24,880 nt of DNA, from the NCBI GenBank assembly GCA_964510585.1, contig CAZECW010000065.1, forward strand, positions 1-24,880, read 5' to 3'. Position 1 is the stretch's first letter. The number at the start of each line of letters is the position of its first letter. The position numbers and the translations under genes are program-made. Under the pieces are notes generated by a model. It saw nothing but the letters and a program-made list of their open reading frames with translations, was not told the DNA's origin and did not search any database. This document shows positions 15,765-24,666 of this stretch, one piece after another. This DNA comes from an uncultured archaeon (GTDB lineage: Archaea; Asgardarchaeota; Jordiarchaeia; Jordiarchaeales; Jordiarchaeaceae).

Positions 15765-17396
15765 TTATTTTATTCCCATTTTCTGTTTTTCCTGTGCTAT
15801 CAGTTCTCGTCGAAGAATCTTGCCCGAAATTGTCTTTGGTATGCTTTCCACAAACTCTACTTCACGAATCTTTTTGTATGCCGCTATTCTCTCGGCGACC
15901 CAATCCATGATCTCTTGTTCTGTGACTTTGCCCTTAGATTCAGGTTTAAGAATTATGAAGGCTTTAGGAATCTGGCCAACGTCGGGCTCTGTTGACGGTT
16001 TGCCAATGACTGCCGCGTCAAACACATGCGGGTTTCTGAAGAGGAGGTCTTCTAATTCTGCAGGAGCTATGGACCATCCCTTGTATTTGATCATTTCCTT
16101 TAAACGGTCAACAAGATGCTCATAGCCTTCCTCGTCAATATATGCCACATCGCCGGTTCTTAGCCATTTCAAGCCAGTTTTGGGGTCAGTCCAAAAAGCA
16201 TTTTCAGTATCCTTAGGTCTGTTCCAGTATCCCTTCATAACTTGGGGTCCCATAACAACTAGTTCGCCCACCTGACCCGGTTCAGGGAGCTCCTCTGAGG
16301 TTTCAATATCAATTATTTTGTGGAATGTGTCTGGAAGCAGGGTGCCTTGGGATTCCATCTTGCGGCGATACATGGGATTAACCGCAACTACTGGTGAAGC
16401 TTCTGTTAAGCCCCAGCCATGCTGCACTATAACGTTTTGTGCGTTGCATTTCTCTTTAGCCAATTTGTCAAACTTTTCAAGAAGGTCCAGCGGTATTGGT
16501 GCTGCGCCATTATTGAAGATTTTAAGATCTGACCAGTCATAGCCTTTCACATTGGGGTCTTCTAGGTGCCTCACTACTGCTAGAAATATTGGGGGTACAC
16601 ATAGGCTGTATGTTACTTTGTATTTCTCAATTAGTTCACAGAATTCTTTAACATCGAATCTCGGTACAACTACTTGTGCTGCACCAGTCCATATTGCTGC
16701 ATTCATGCAGCATGTCATACCGTAAATGTGGTATAGTGGGAGTACCGTCATTGCAATGTCTTCTTCGCTTACTTCGAAAATTTGAGATATTTGGAGCACA
16801 TTTGATACTAGATTATAGTGGGTGAGCATTGTTCCTTTTGGTAATCCTGTTGTTCCGCTGGTGTATACTAGTGCCGCAAGGTCTTCTTTTGCATTGTACT
16901 CATATTCTGGAGGGTCTGGTTTCGTTTTCTCCATGAGTTCTGTCCAACCGATTGTGCCCTCTGGTTTAGGGCCGAACTCTTGAACAATTATGTTTTTGAG
17001 TTTTGTCTTGTCTTTAACTGCTGCTACGTTGGGATACATGAGTTGGAAAACTATCATTGTTTCTGCTCCCGAGTCCACTGATTCATACTCAACTTCATGG
17101 GATTTGAATAATGGGTTCATGGGGACTACGATGCCGCCTGCCTTTGATATTCCGTAGAAGGCTATTTCCCACTGGATTAGATTCGGCCCATACAACGCTA
17201 CCCTGTCTCCTTTTTTCACCCCTAGATTTTTCAGCGCAGTGGCGAATTTATCTACCTGTTCTTTAAATTCCTTAAATGTCATTTTTACGGGATGTAGAAA
17301 TGCTGGTCTGTCTGGGAATCTTTCGGCAGTCCAATCCAAAATTTTGTGGACAGGCACTTCGGGATAGTATAGGTGGCCTCTCTTATATTTTACCAT
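15765..17396 (-). CDS. fadD: Long-chain-fatty-acid--CoA ligase (ANL adenylation family)
   Basis: YTSGTTGLPKG, HGWGLTEASP, WLRTGDVAYIDEEG, DRLKEMIKYKG, PKTISGKILRR. ATG at 17396 lies 6 nt after GGAGGTG, so the ORF-track GTG at 17405 is probably part of the SD. Confidence 0.93.
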   Translation of the reverse strand: MVKYKRGHLYYPEVPVHKILDWTAERFPDRPAFLHPVKMTFKEFKEQVDKFATALKNLGVKKGDRVALYGPNLIQWEIAFYGISKAGGIVVPMNPLFKSHEVEYESVDSGAETMIVFQLMYPNVAAVKDKTKLKNIIVQEFGPKPEGTIGWTELMEKTKPDPPEYEYNAKEDLAALVYTSGTTGLPKGTMLTHYNLVSNVLQISQIFEVSEEDIAMTVLPLYHIYGMTCCMNAAIWTGAAQVVVPRFDVKEFCELIEKYKVTYSLCVPPIFLAVVRHLEDPNVKGYDWSDLKIFNNGAAPIPLDLLEKFDKLAKEKCNAQNVIVQHGWGLTEASPVVAVNPMYRRKMESQGTLLPDTFHKIIDIETSEELPEPGQVGELVVMGPQVMKGYWNRPKDTENAFWTDPKTGLKWLRTGDVAYIDEEGYEHLVDRLKEMIKYKGWSIAPAELEDLLFRNPHVFDAAVIGKPSTEPDVGQIPKAFIILKPESKGKVTEQEIMDWVAERIAAYKKIREVEFVESIPKTISGKILRRELIAQEKQKMGIK

Positions 17397-17686
17397 TAAT
17401 TGCACCTCCCAATCGTGTTTAACACTTACAAAATAAGAATATATTTAATTTTCGTAAAGTATTGCCATAATTTACCTGTTAAGCCAGATTTCTATAATAA
17501 TTAACTATTTTGCTTATCTAAACAATTTATTCATACAGATTTGTTTTGAGATAGCCTCTTTTACGCGGGCCGATATTGAGAGTATCGTCTTAGATTTTCT
17601 TCTCCTCTCCATTGGTAGTGTGAGAAGTCAATAGAGGAAATCTACATCTTTATGGAGTTCAAAAAGTGACTCTGCTGTGTTATCTG

Positions 17687-19255
17687 TTATGTTAATTTTA
17701 CTTTGTGTGCTAACTTTTGGAGGTCAGGATTGATTCCTGGAACTCCTTTTGCTCTAGCTATGGTTTCTATGTATAGCTTTAATGCACTATGATACCCATA
17801 TTCTTTACTTAGGTTTTTATTGAACCCATTCATTTCAGCTAATTTTTCCAAGAGTTTTTTGGATGAAGAACCATACTGTATAGCTACTTTTGAGCGATTC
17901 ACCAGAGAAGGGGGTAGCTCTATTTTTTTGGCAATTTCCCTCAAAATAAACTTCCTTATATAATCTGAATTGGTTCTCGCGATTTTGTACTGGGGAGGAA
18001 TGGATGCGACATATTTTACCATGTCATAGTCTAGGTAAGGTAGTTTCAGTTCTATTGAATTGGCCATGCTTGCTGCGTCATCCCTTTGAATATTTGCTTC
18101 AGAGATTTCTTTGACATCTCTGAAAAGTTCTCTGTGTAGGGCCTCATAACCCTCCTGTTTTAAGACTCGTATGTATCTTGCGTATCCCCCGAAAAGTTCA
18201 TCTGCCCCGCCTCCAGACGTGATGAAGCTTAGGCCTTCTTTTTTGGCTTGTTGCGTCGAGAAATATAACGGTAGTGCTATGCTTACTTGGGATGGATTAG
18301 TTTCCTCTATCATATAGATTAATCTTGGTAGGTTTTCCTCAACTTTCTGTATTGTCATATACTTTATTTTGAGGGGCAAATCTAGTTCCTCTGCGGCTTG
18401 GACTGCTCCTATAACATCTTTTGAATTTTCCGCACCTGAACAGTAAAGAGTTGGTTTGTACCCCAAGTTTTGCATAGTTTTGGCTAAAACCGCGCTGTCT
18501 AACCCTCCAGAAAAAAGCACCCCCACCCTCCCATTTCTAACCCTTTTTTCCACCGCTTTTTGAAGAAGCTTTATTACCCTATTCTGCGCGGTTTTGAGGC
18601 TTACTTTCCTATTGTATCCCTCTTTGAGACTTTCTAAATAATTAACTTTCACCCCCGATTCTCCAATTATTGCCCAGGATGAGGGGGGTAAAGGGCGGAT
18701 GTCAAACATTCCTATACTCCAGAGGGCCTTCCTCTCGCTGGCGAAAGCTATCCTCTTCTCATCTTCAGATAAATAAAGGGGTTTGACGCCAATAGGGTCT
18801 CTGGCTATGAGAAATGAATTTTTGTAAAACAGTGCAAAAGAGTAAACACCATCTAGAAGCCTTATGGTCTCCCACATCGCGTATGAAATATTTGGTTTTG
18901 ATAAAAAGAATTTCTCGAAGAGACGTAAAATTGATTCCTTATCGCTCAAAATCTCTCTATTTGCTAATTGCTCTAAATCCTCTTTATTGTAGATTTCTCC
19001 GTCACAAACGAGTGATAATTCCAGTTCTTTGCTGCTGAAAGGCTGACCCGCAGTGCTTGAAGCTACTCCTATACCCTTGGAGCCTTCCACAACCTGAACT
19101 GATAACCTGTCAATCTCCTGAGCTCTGTAAATATCATGGTTAAGGTCTACTCCTACAAAATTTGGGCCTCTATGCAGTGTTTCCCGTATCATTTTTATAA
19201 TTTGCTGAAAGATATTTTCTCCCCTTTTACTATAAACACCAGCTATTGAGCTCAA
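17687..19255 (-). CDS. asnB: Asparagine synthetase B-like protein with altered glutaminase domain
   Basis: DGEIYN, ARDPIGVKPLY, FASERKAL, LFSGGLDSA, GADELFGGY and LPYLD. The N-terminus is MSSIAG rather than MCGIAG. Confidence 0.82.
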   Translation of the reverse strand: MSSIAGVYSKRGENIFQQIIKMIRETLHRGPNFVGVDLNHDIYRAQEIDRLSVQVVEGSKGIGVASSTAGQPFSSKELELSLVCDGEIYNKEDLEQLANREILSDKESILRLFEKFFLSKPNISYAMWETIRLLDGVYSFALFYKNSFLIARDPIGVKPLYLSEDEKRIAFASERKALWSIGMFDIRPLPPSSWAIIGESGVKVNYLESLKEGYNRKVSLKTAQNRVIKLLQKAVEKRVRNGRVGVLFSGGLDSAVLAKTMQNLGYKPTLYCSGAENSKDVIGAVQAAEELDLPLKIKYMTIQKVEENLPRLIYMIEETNPSQVSIALPLYFSTQQAKKEGLSFITSGGGADELFGGYARYIRVLKQEGYEALHRELFRDVKEISEANIQRDDAASMANSIELKLPYLDYDMVKYVASIPPQYKIARTNSDYIRKFILREIAKKIELPPSLVNRSKVAIQYGSSSKKLLEKLAEMNGFNKNLSKEYGYHSALKLYIETIARAKGVPGINPDLQKLAHKVKLT

Positions 19256-19336
19256 ATTTGCGACATCCTTATTTTCCCTAAATCGTGCTATTTATATCAT
19301 CTATCTAAGATTTACGCTCTGAGAGGATAAGGGCAA

Positions 19337-20632
19337 ATGCCTGAAGAAAACATAGTGGAACCCCTTTTCGAAGGCCTGGATCTCTTCTGTCCAAACTACA
19401 ATCAAAATATATTTATGACTATTCCCACAGCCTTTAGAATGTTGGGTGTCAATGTTAAAGACAGAAAGACTCTTCTCGAAAACAAAAATTGTAAAAGTTT
19501 GTTTGAGGATAACGATTGCTTGGATGCTGAGAACGTTATTAATGTTATTGTAGACTCTATGGGCACCCAGCAGTTTCCGCTGGCAAGTAGACTCCCAAGA
19601 ATTTATGAAAAGCTAAATGGGATAGTGTTAAGCTCAATATTTCCAACAATCACTTCCGCCGCCATTCCTTCCATCCATTTCGGTTTACCCCCAGAAAGAC
19701 ATGGTGTTGTGGGACACAAAATCCTCTTCCCTCAACTAGGCACCGTAGTAGACACTCTTAAAATGGCTTCCATTAATGCTCCCAGCTACGATCTCCTATA
19801 CAAGAGCGGAATCGACGTTAAACTATTACTGCTAGAACGGGGAATATACAAAGTGTTGGAAGAAGAGAATGTGGTCCACGCTGAACTATTACCCTGGGAA
19901 ATAGCCGGCACTGGGCTCTCACATTTACTTGAAACGGAAAAAGTAAGTTTAGGCTATTCAGACATAATAGACGGTTTTTCCCAGGCTAAGAGAATCTTGG
20001 AAAAGTATCGGGGTAGTAAAACTTTAATTAACATATATGTGGGTTTACTGGACTCCATGAGCCATGTTTACGGTCCTTACAGTGAGGAGTACAAGTACGC
20101 CATAGACCACCTTGAAAAAACATTTCTTAATTTTATTAGACGTTTAGATGATAGTATCGCTGAGAAATCTGTTGTAACCATGTTTAGCGACCATGGTCAG
20201 GATGGATTGGAAATGGAAAAAAAGATAACTCTGGGCGAAGAAGAAATTCAAGAAGTTTCAAAGTTTCTGAGATTTCCACCCGGAAGGTCGGGACGCGTGC
20301 TACACTTCTACGTTTGGGAAGACTGTTTACAGGATTTGGTGGACTGGCTTACGAGAAAAGTAGGTGCGAACGGTCTAGTGTTAACATTCAAAGAAATTAA
20401 AAGCAAGCTTTTGCCAGAAACTAGAGACGCAGACACTATTCGATCCAGAATCGGCGACGTAGTACTTATAATGAAGAGGGGGGCTGAAATGAAAACAGAA
20501 AAAGAGGAGGAGGAGAAGGCGGAAATAATAGAGAAGACATTTTTGGGGTCTCATGGCTCCCTAACGTTTAACGAGATAACTGTTCCCTATTTTGCCTCAA
20601 ATATTAATAAGGTAAAAGAGCTCATCGATTGA
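19337..20632 (+). CDS. Alkaline phosphatase superfamily protein (nucleotide pyrophosphatase/phosphodiesterase type)
   Basis: VIVDSMG, SIFPTITSAA (Thr nucleophile), PERHG, DSMSHVYGP, SDHG and GSHGSL metal-ligand motifs. Confidence 0.87.
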   Translation: MPEENIVEPLFEGLDLFCPNYNQNIFMTIPTAFRMLGVNVKDRKTLLENKNCKSLFEDNDCLDAENVINVIVDSMGTQQFPLASRLPRIYEKLNGIVLSSIFPTITSAAIPSIHFGLPPERHGVVGHKILFPQLGTVVDTLKMASINAPSYDLLYKSGIDVKLLLLERGIYKVLEEENVVHAELLPWEIAGTGLSHLLETEKVSLGYSDIIDGFSQAKRILEKYRGSKTLINIYVGLLDSMSHVYGPYSEEYKYAIDHLEKTFLNFIRRLDDSIAEKSVVTMFSDHGQDGLEMEKKITLGEEEIQEVSKFLRFPPGRSGRVLHFYVWEDCLQDLVDWLTRKVGANGLVLTFKEIKSKLLPETRDADTIRSRIGDVVLIMKRGAEMKTEKEEEEKAEIIEKTFLGSHGSLTFNEITVPYFASNINKVKELID

Positions 20633-20647
20633 TTAGAAAATTTTTGT

Positions 20648-21364
20648 GTGGCGAATGGAATGGTGAAAATATCCGTCATCATCCCCACCCTTAATGAAGA
20701 GCGGTATCTGCCTGGTTGCATTAAATCTGTTTTAAATCAGACCCTACACCGCGACGATTATGAAATAATTGTTGCGGATAGTCATAGTTCTGATAAGACT
20801 CGGGAAATCGCGAAAAGGTATGCCGACCATGTGTTAAATCTTCCAAGAGAGGGAGCTGGAGCCGCCCGGAACGCAGGGGCTAAAATCGCTCGGGGAGAAA
20901 TCCTACTATTCCTCGACGCCGACACAATAATATGTAAGAATTTTTTGGAGGAAGTTTTGAAAAATTGTGATGAAAACCAAATTGTTGGTGGTACATGTGA
21001 TATTTATCCTAGTGACGGCACTCCCTTCGGGAACGCGTTCTTCAAGTTAATTAATATGATTTACAAATTGGTTTTCCTTCTTGGTAAGCCGCATGCCCAA
21101 ACCAAGTGTTGCTTCTATAAAAGGAATGCTTTCGTTAAGCTGGGGGGATTTAATGAGAATTTGATTGTTACCGAGGATCAAGAGATGGCGTGGAGGGCCG
21201 CTAAAATTGGCAAAATCCTTTACCTGAAAACCACGGCAGCATACTCTTCCATGAGGAGAGAGAAAACTTTAGGATATGTAAAAACTGTACTTCAATGGCT
21301 AAAAAATTATGTTAGCGTCCTCCTCTTTAAAAAATCGGAACATTTTTGGCGCCCCATAAGATAA
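20648..21364 (+). CDS. Family 2 glycosyltransferase
   Basis: ISVIIPTLNEE, IIVADSHSSDKT, GAARNAGA, FLDADT (DxD), GGFNE...TEDQEM. Alternative start ATG 20660. Confidence 0.92.
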   Translation: MANGMVKISVIIPTLNEERYLPGCIKSVLNQTLHRDDYEIIVADSHSSDKTREIAKRYADHVLNLPREGAGAARNAGAKIARGEILLFLDADTIICKNFLEEVLKNCDENQIVGGTCDIYPSDGTPFGNAFFKLINMIYKLVFLLGKPHAQTKCCFYKRNAFVKLGGFNENLIVTEDQEMAWRAAKIGKILYLKTTAAYSSMRREKTLGYVKTVLQWLKNYVSVLLFKKSEHFWRPIR

Positions 21365-21421
21365 CAAAACCCAAACAATAAACTCAAAAAACACCCCACG
21401 GACTTGCAGCATTTCTTCATA

Positions 21422-21584
21422 GAAACCTTGGCGAGAAAGACCTCATTTCGATGTTGAGAGCGAATCACCAAACTTATTTATATAATATGATATATGGTAA
21501 CTTGAAGAACCTAGGCGTCTGGCCCTGGCTTTAAAGGAGTAAATAAAACCAGCGCCGATTACAGTGCCGAGATAGTTGCGTCAA
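21422..21584 (+). mobile_element. Decayed or truncated second copy of the IS200/IS605-type element at 13014-13290
   Basis: AAACCTTGGCGAGAAAG...GAATC(A/G)CCAAA...CTTATTT is shared, followed by a recognisable TGGC..GGCT..TAAA..CAGC..GTGCC..ATAG segment. The copy ends near a TCAA at 21581-84. Confidence 0.62.
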
Positions 21585-21721
21585 ACAAAGGTCGGCATAT
21601 TTATGAGTTATGGCGGATCAAGTTTGGAAGGCTCTTTTCGAAAAAGGATTACACATAATGGTTCCCCTAACCTCGGCGGGTTCGATTTATTTCCTGAACT
21701 GGAATCTTAATAGTGGTTTTA

Positions 21722-22339
21722 ATGAGCATAGTAGATATGCATGTTCACACCACGTTTTCACCCTGTTCCAAAATTAGCATCTACGAAGCTATGGTGACCG
21801 CACTTGACCTTGGGTTGTCGGGTATAGCAATAACGGATCACGACACTTTAGAAGGAGCGTTAAAGGCATGTCGCGTTGCAAGCAAATATGGAATCAGTGT
21901 TTTCGTGGGGTGCGAGGTGTCTGCCTTTGAAGGCCACATCTTGGCGTATGGAATTTCGGAAACCATACCGTTAAACCTTTTTGCTGAAGATGCACTCGAT
22001 AGAATTCATGATCTTGGGGGAGTGGCTGTAGCTGCACACCCCTTCAGAAATCTGGAAAACAGTCTAAACAATAAAATATTTGAACTTCCTCTAGATGGTG
22101 TCGAAGTATTTAACCACGTGTCAAAAAGAAGCGTTAACAAAGAGGCCAAGTCTGCTGCTGTAGAACTGGGTTTAGCGCAGATAGGGGGAAGCGATGCACA
22201 TGAGGCTAAATACATAGGCAGAGTAGCAACACTCTTCAAAGAGGAAGTGTATAATGAAGATTCTCTTGTTGAAGCCATAAGGAAAAGAACATGTAAGCCC
22301 ATTGTGCCAAGAAAAAGTCCAAGGCATAGAGCAAGGTAA
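21722..22339 (+). CDS. PHP-family phosphoesterase
   Basis: DMHVHT, AITDHD, GCEVS, GHILAYG, AAHPFR and GGSDAH. ATG 21722 is preferred over GTG 21713. Confidence 0.92.
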   Translation: MSIVDMHVHTTFSPCSKISIYEAMVTALDLGLSGIAITDHDTLEGALKACRVASKYGISVFVGCEVSAFEGHILAYGISETIPLNLFAEDALDRIHDLGGVAVAAHPFRNLENSLNNKIFELPLDGVEVFNHVSKRSVNKEAKSAAVELGLAQIGGSDAHEAKYIGRVATLFKEEVYNEDSLVEAIRKRTCKPIVPRKSPRHRAR

Positions 22340-22438
22340 AATATGGGTGTCCTCTTTTTTGGGAAAACAAGGCTTGGTGTAATATTTAAAAGTAAAGCTT
22401 TTGTTACATAAATCCACGTGTAAAAGGAGGCACGCGCG

Positions 22439-23569
22439 ATTAATTTTGCTTCTACTGGGTTAGGCAGCCACCCCATAGCTGATGCAAAGCAAATTGCACT
22501 TGACATAGTTAGCTCCGGGACAAAGATCCCATACTTCCCTCAAACAGTCGAGGATAATATGACATTTCAGTTTCACAACATAATTCCCGGACTCATTTTG
22601 GAGAAAGGGTCTGCCAGATTGAACCTTAATGACTACCAGGTAGTTAAGGGACTAGAAGATCTTCGAGGCAAGTTAGTGCTTAAAAAAATAAATATAGAGC
22701 CTGGCGGGTTGCCACTAGAAAAAAGGTATCTTAGAGGTTTATATTCCTTGGAAGAAGTCCTTCAAGAAACAGAGGCAGACATTTGGGGCGTTAAAGGAGA
22801 AATAACAGGCCCCCTAACAGAGGCTTACAGTGTGGAGGTATTGCCCGGAAGAAAGAAGGCAATACTAGATGAAGAACTTTTTAAACTAGTTTTAGACGTG
22901 ACCGCAGAGGTTGCATATTGGCTATCCAAAGAATTGCAAAAACTCTCAAGGAAATTCCTAGGTAAAGGGGGAGAAACCATACTGTTTCTCGATGAGCCGC
23001 TGTTACCCCTATGTCTTAGAGACAGTGTCGAGCCAGAGGCAAAAGTAAGGGCCATAGAATCGGTTCTATGTAGGATTCGATGTAAAAAGGGTATTCACAT
23101 ATGTGACAACCCCTTAACTGTCATAGATAATGTACTTAAATTAAACATAGATTACTTCTCATTTGACGCAAGAAGGTATCCTGATACTCTTGAAAAGACA
23201 GACAGTGAAACCTTGGAAAAATATTTGCGGAGAGGCAGAGGATTCGCTTTTGGTTTAACACCCAACACCCCTGAAGAACTTTTCGGAGAAGAAAATATAT
23301 ACGATATACAGAGGGGGGTAAAAGATCCGTTTGATTTTATCCCCAAGGCAAGTGATATTACAAACAGGATGGAGCATATAGTTTCCCAGATGGAATCCAA
23401 AATTGATGTGGTATTTTTACTTCATCATTCTCTCATTACCCCTCAGTGTGGATTTAGAAACTTTAACATCCCAAACCCCTCTGTGGGAGAAAAGATAGTA
23501 AAGAGACTTTTAGAAATTCAGGAGAAAGCGGCTGAGGAGGTGAGAGAAAAGTACAATATTGGTTTTTAA
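22439..23569 (+). CDS. Core (MetE C-terminal-like) cobalamin-independent methionine synthase-like protein with a probable non-canonical start
   Basis: VKGEITGPLT, FLDEP, GIHICD and ITPQCGF (putative Zn ligands His, Cys, Cys). The open frame extends 40 codons upstream of ATG 22559 and encodes ASTGLGSHP...IPYFPQ, behind AAGGAGG. Confidence 0.78.
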   Translation: MNFASTGLGSHPIADAKQIALDIVSSGTKIPYFPQTVEDNMTFQFHNIIPGLILEKGSARLNLNDYQVVKGLEDLRGKLVLKKINIEPGGLPLEKRYLRGLYSLEEVLQETEADIWGVKGEITGPLTEAYSVEVLPGRKKAILDEELFKLVLDVTAEVAYWLSKELQKLSRKFLGKGGETILFLDEPLLPLCLRDSVEPEAKVRAIESVLCRIRCKKGIHICDNPLTVIDNVLKLNIDYFSFDARRYPDTLEKTDSETLEKYLRRGRGFAFGLTPNTPEELFGEENIYDIQRGVKDPFDFIPKASDITNRMEHIVSQMESKIDVVFLLHHSLITPQCGFRNFNIPNPSVGEKIVKRLLEIQEKAAEEVREKYNIGF

Positions 23570-23576
23570 ACCGTTT

Positions 23577-24428
23577 CTAACCCTTTTCTTTTTCTCGCTT
23601 AAATGCACCTACCAAGTCGCGAAGATGAGCTACCATCTCTTCCTTCAATGGTTCAATAGATGAATAATCAATGTCGGGGCTTTCCTTTAGGAACTCGACA
23701 GCCTGAACAACCCCATTTTCTACTAGCACTCTGGGAATAAAATCTTCAGCCAAAAATATACCCTCTGGGGGATTAACACGCTCCAATTTCCTTTCAATGC
23801 TTTCCTTTCCGAAAATGCTTGTTTTACTTTCCTTAACTGCATATAGTGAGTGCCCAGAAATAACTAGTTCTCTGACGAAACCTTGCGGTACTTCAATTTT
23901 ATCCAGCCTAGCCATAATTTCATCTTCACTTAAAATATTTGGCTCCGGCTGAGCTACAGTAACCTTGGGCTGAGCTACAGTAACCTTGGGCTGGGGCTGA
24001 GTCTTAACAACCACTTTAGGCTCTGGTTCCGGTGGTGGTTCTACTGTTATTGGGGATGGTTCCGGTTCTGGTGTTGGTGATGTTACGGGTATTGGTGCCC
24101 TTTCAACGGATGTTGAGATTAGTTTTGATGCTTTGCTTGGCTTCATTCCTATTAGGGCTAGGAAGTCTGCTTCTTCGTCAGACTCGTCCATAGCTACTAC
24201 TTTGTAGCCAAATCCATATTCGGTTCTGAGGGCTGCGGCTTTTCGTGCACCTACAAATTTTTTTCTTACCGGGCTGTTTTTTCCCTTCCAGAGATAGATT
24301 TTTTTGTTATTCTCAGCGATAACTATAAGTACTCTATCACTTGATAAGATGCTTTTGTCGAGTTGGTCTATATTATCAATTTCTCCGTCTCCCTTAACAT
24401 CATAGACTAGGAGGCTCATCATAATCAC
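23577..24428 (-). CDS. Gelsolin-domain protein (one gelsolin domain, Pro-rich linker, C-terminal domain; 1DGelX-like)
   Basis: LSSDRVLIVIAENNKKIYLWKGKNSPVRKKFVGARKA...MDESDEEADFL is a gelsolin repeat. It is followed by a PEPEP-rich linker and a C-terminal PQGFVRELVISGH...PEGIF...PRVLVENG domain. Confidence 0.85.
   Translation of the reverse strand: MIMMSLLVYDVKGDGEIDNIDQLDKSILSSDRVLIVIAENNKKIYLWKGKNSPVRKKFVGARKAAALRTEYGFGYKVVAMDESDEEADFLALIGMKPSKASKLISTSVERAPIPVTSPTPEPEPSPITVEPPPEPEPKVVVKTQPQPKVTVAQPKVTVAQPEPNILSEDEIMARLDKIEVPQGFVRELVISGHSLYAVKESKTSIFGKESIERKLERVNPPEGIFLAEDFIPRVLVENGVVQAVEFLKESPDIDYSSIEPLKEEMVAHLRDLVGAFKREKEKG
23947..23993. repeat. Perfect 21-bp in-frame tandem duplication in the gelsolin linker (QPKVTVA x2)
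   Basis: GGCTGAGCTACAGTAACCTTG x2 plus GGCTG. Confidence 0.95.
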
Positions 24429-24666
24429 TTTCTCACACTTTTCTACATCAATATTTGGATTTTGTAAGTATAAAACATTTTCCTTGTAATTTTAATTATT
24501 TCCGAGATTTTTTTGTCTTTCGGGCTTAAATTTGAGCCCATTATTCCACTAAATAGTTTTTTGGGCTATTCCCTAATTTGCGACTCTTATTTTTAGGGCT
24601 TCAGGAACTTAAAAGTGTTTTAAGTCCGAGTTAAGTATATATCTACGTTTCCCATATTTATGTATT

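Noticed and set aside
21650-21695. tRNA-like GGGTTCGATT
   Set aside because: No complementary T-stem, acceptor stem or cloverleaf.
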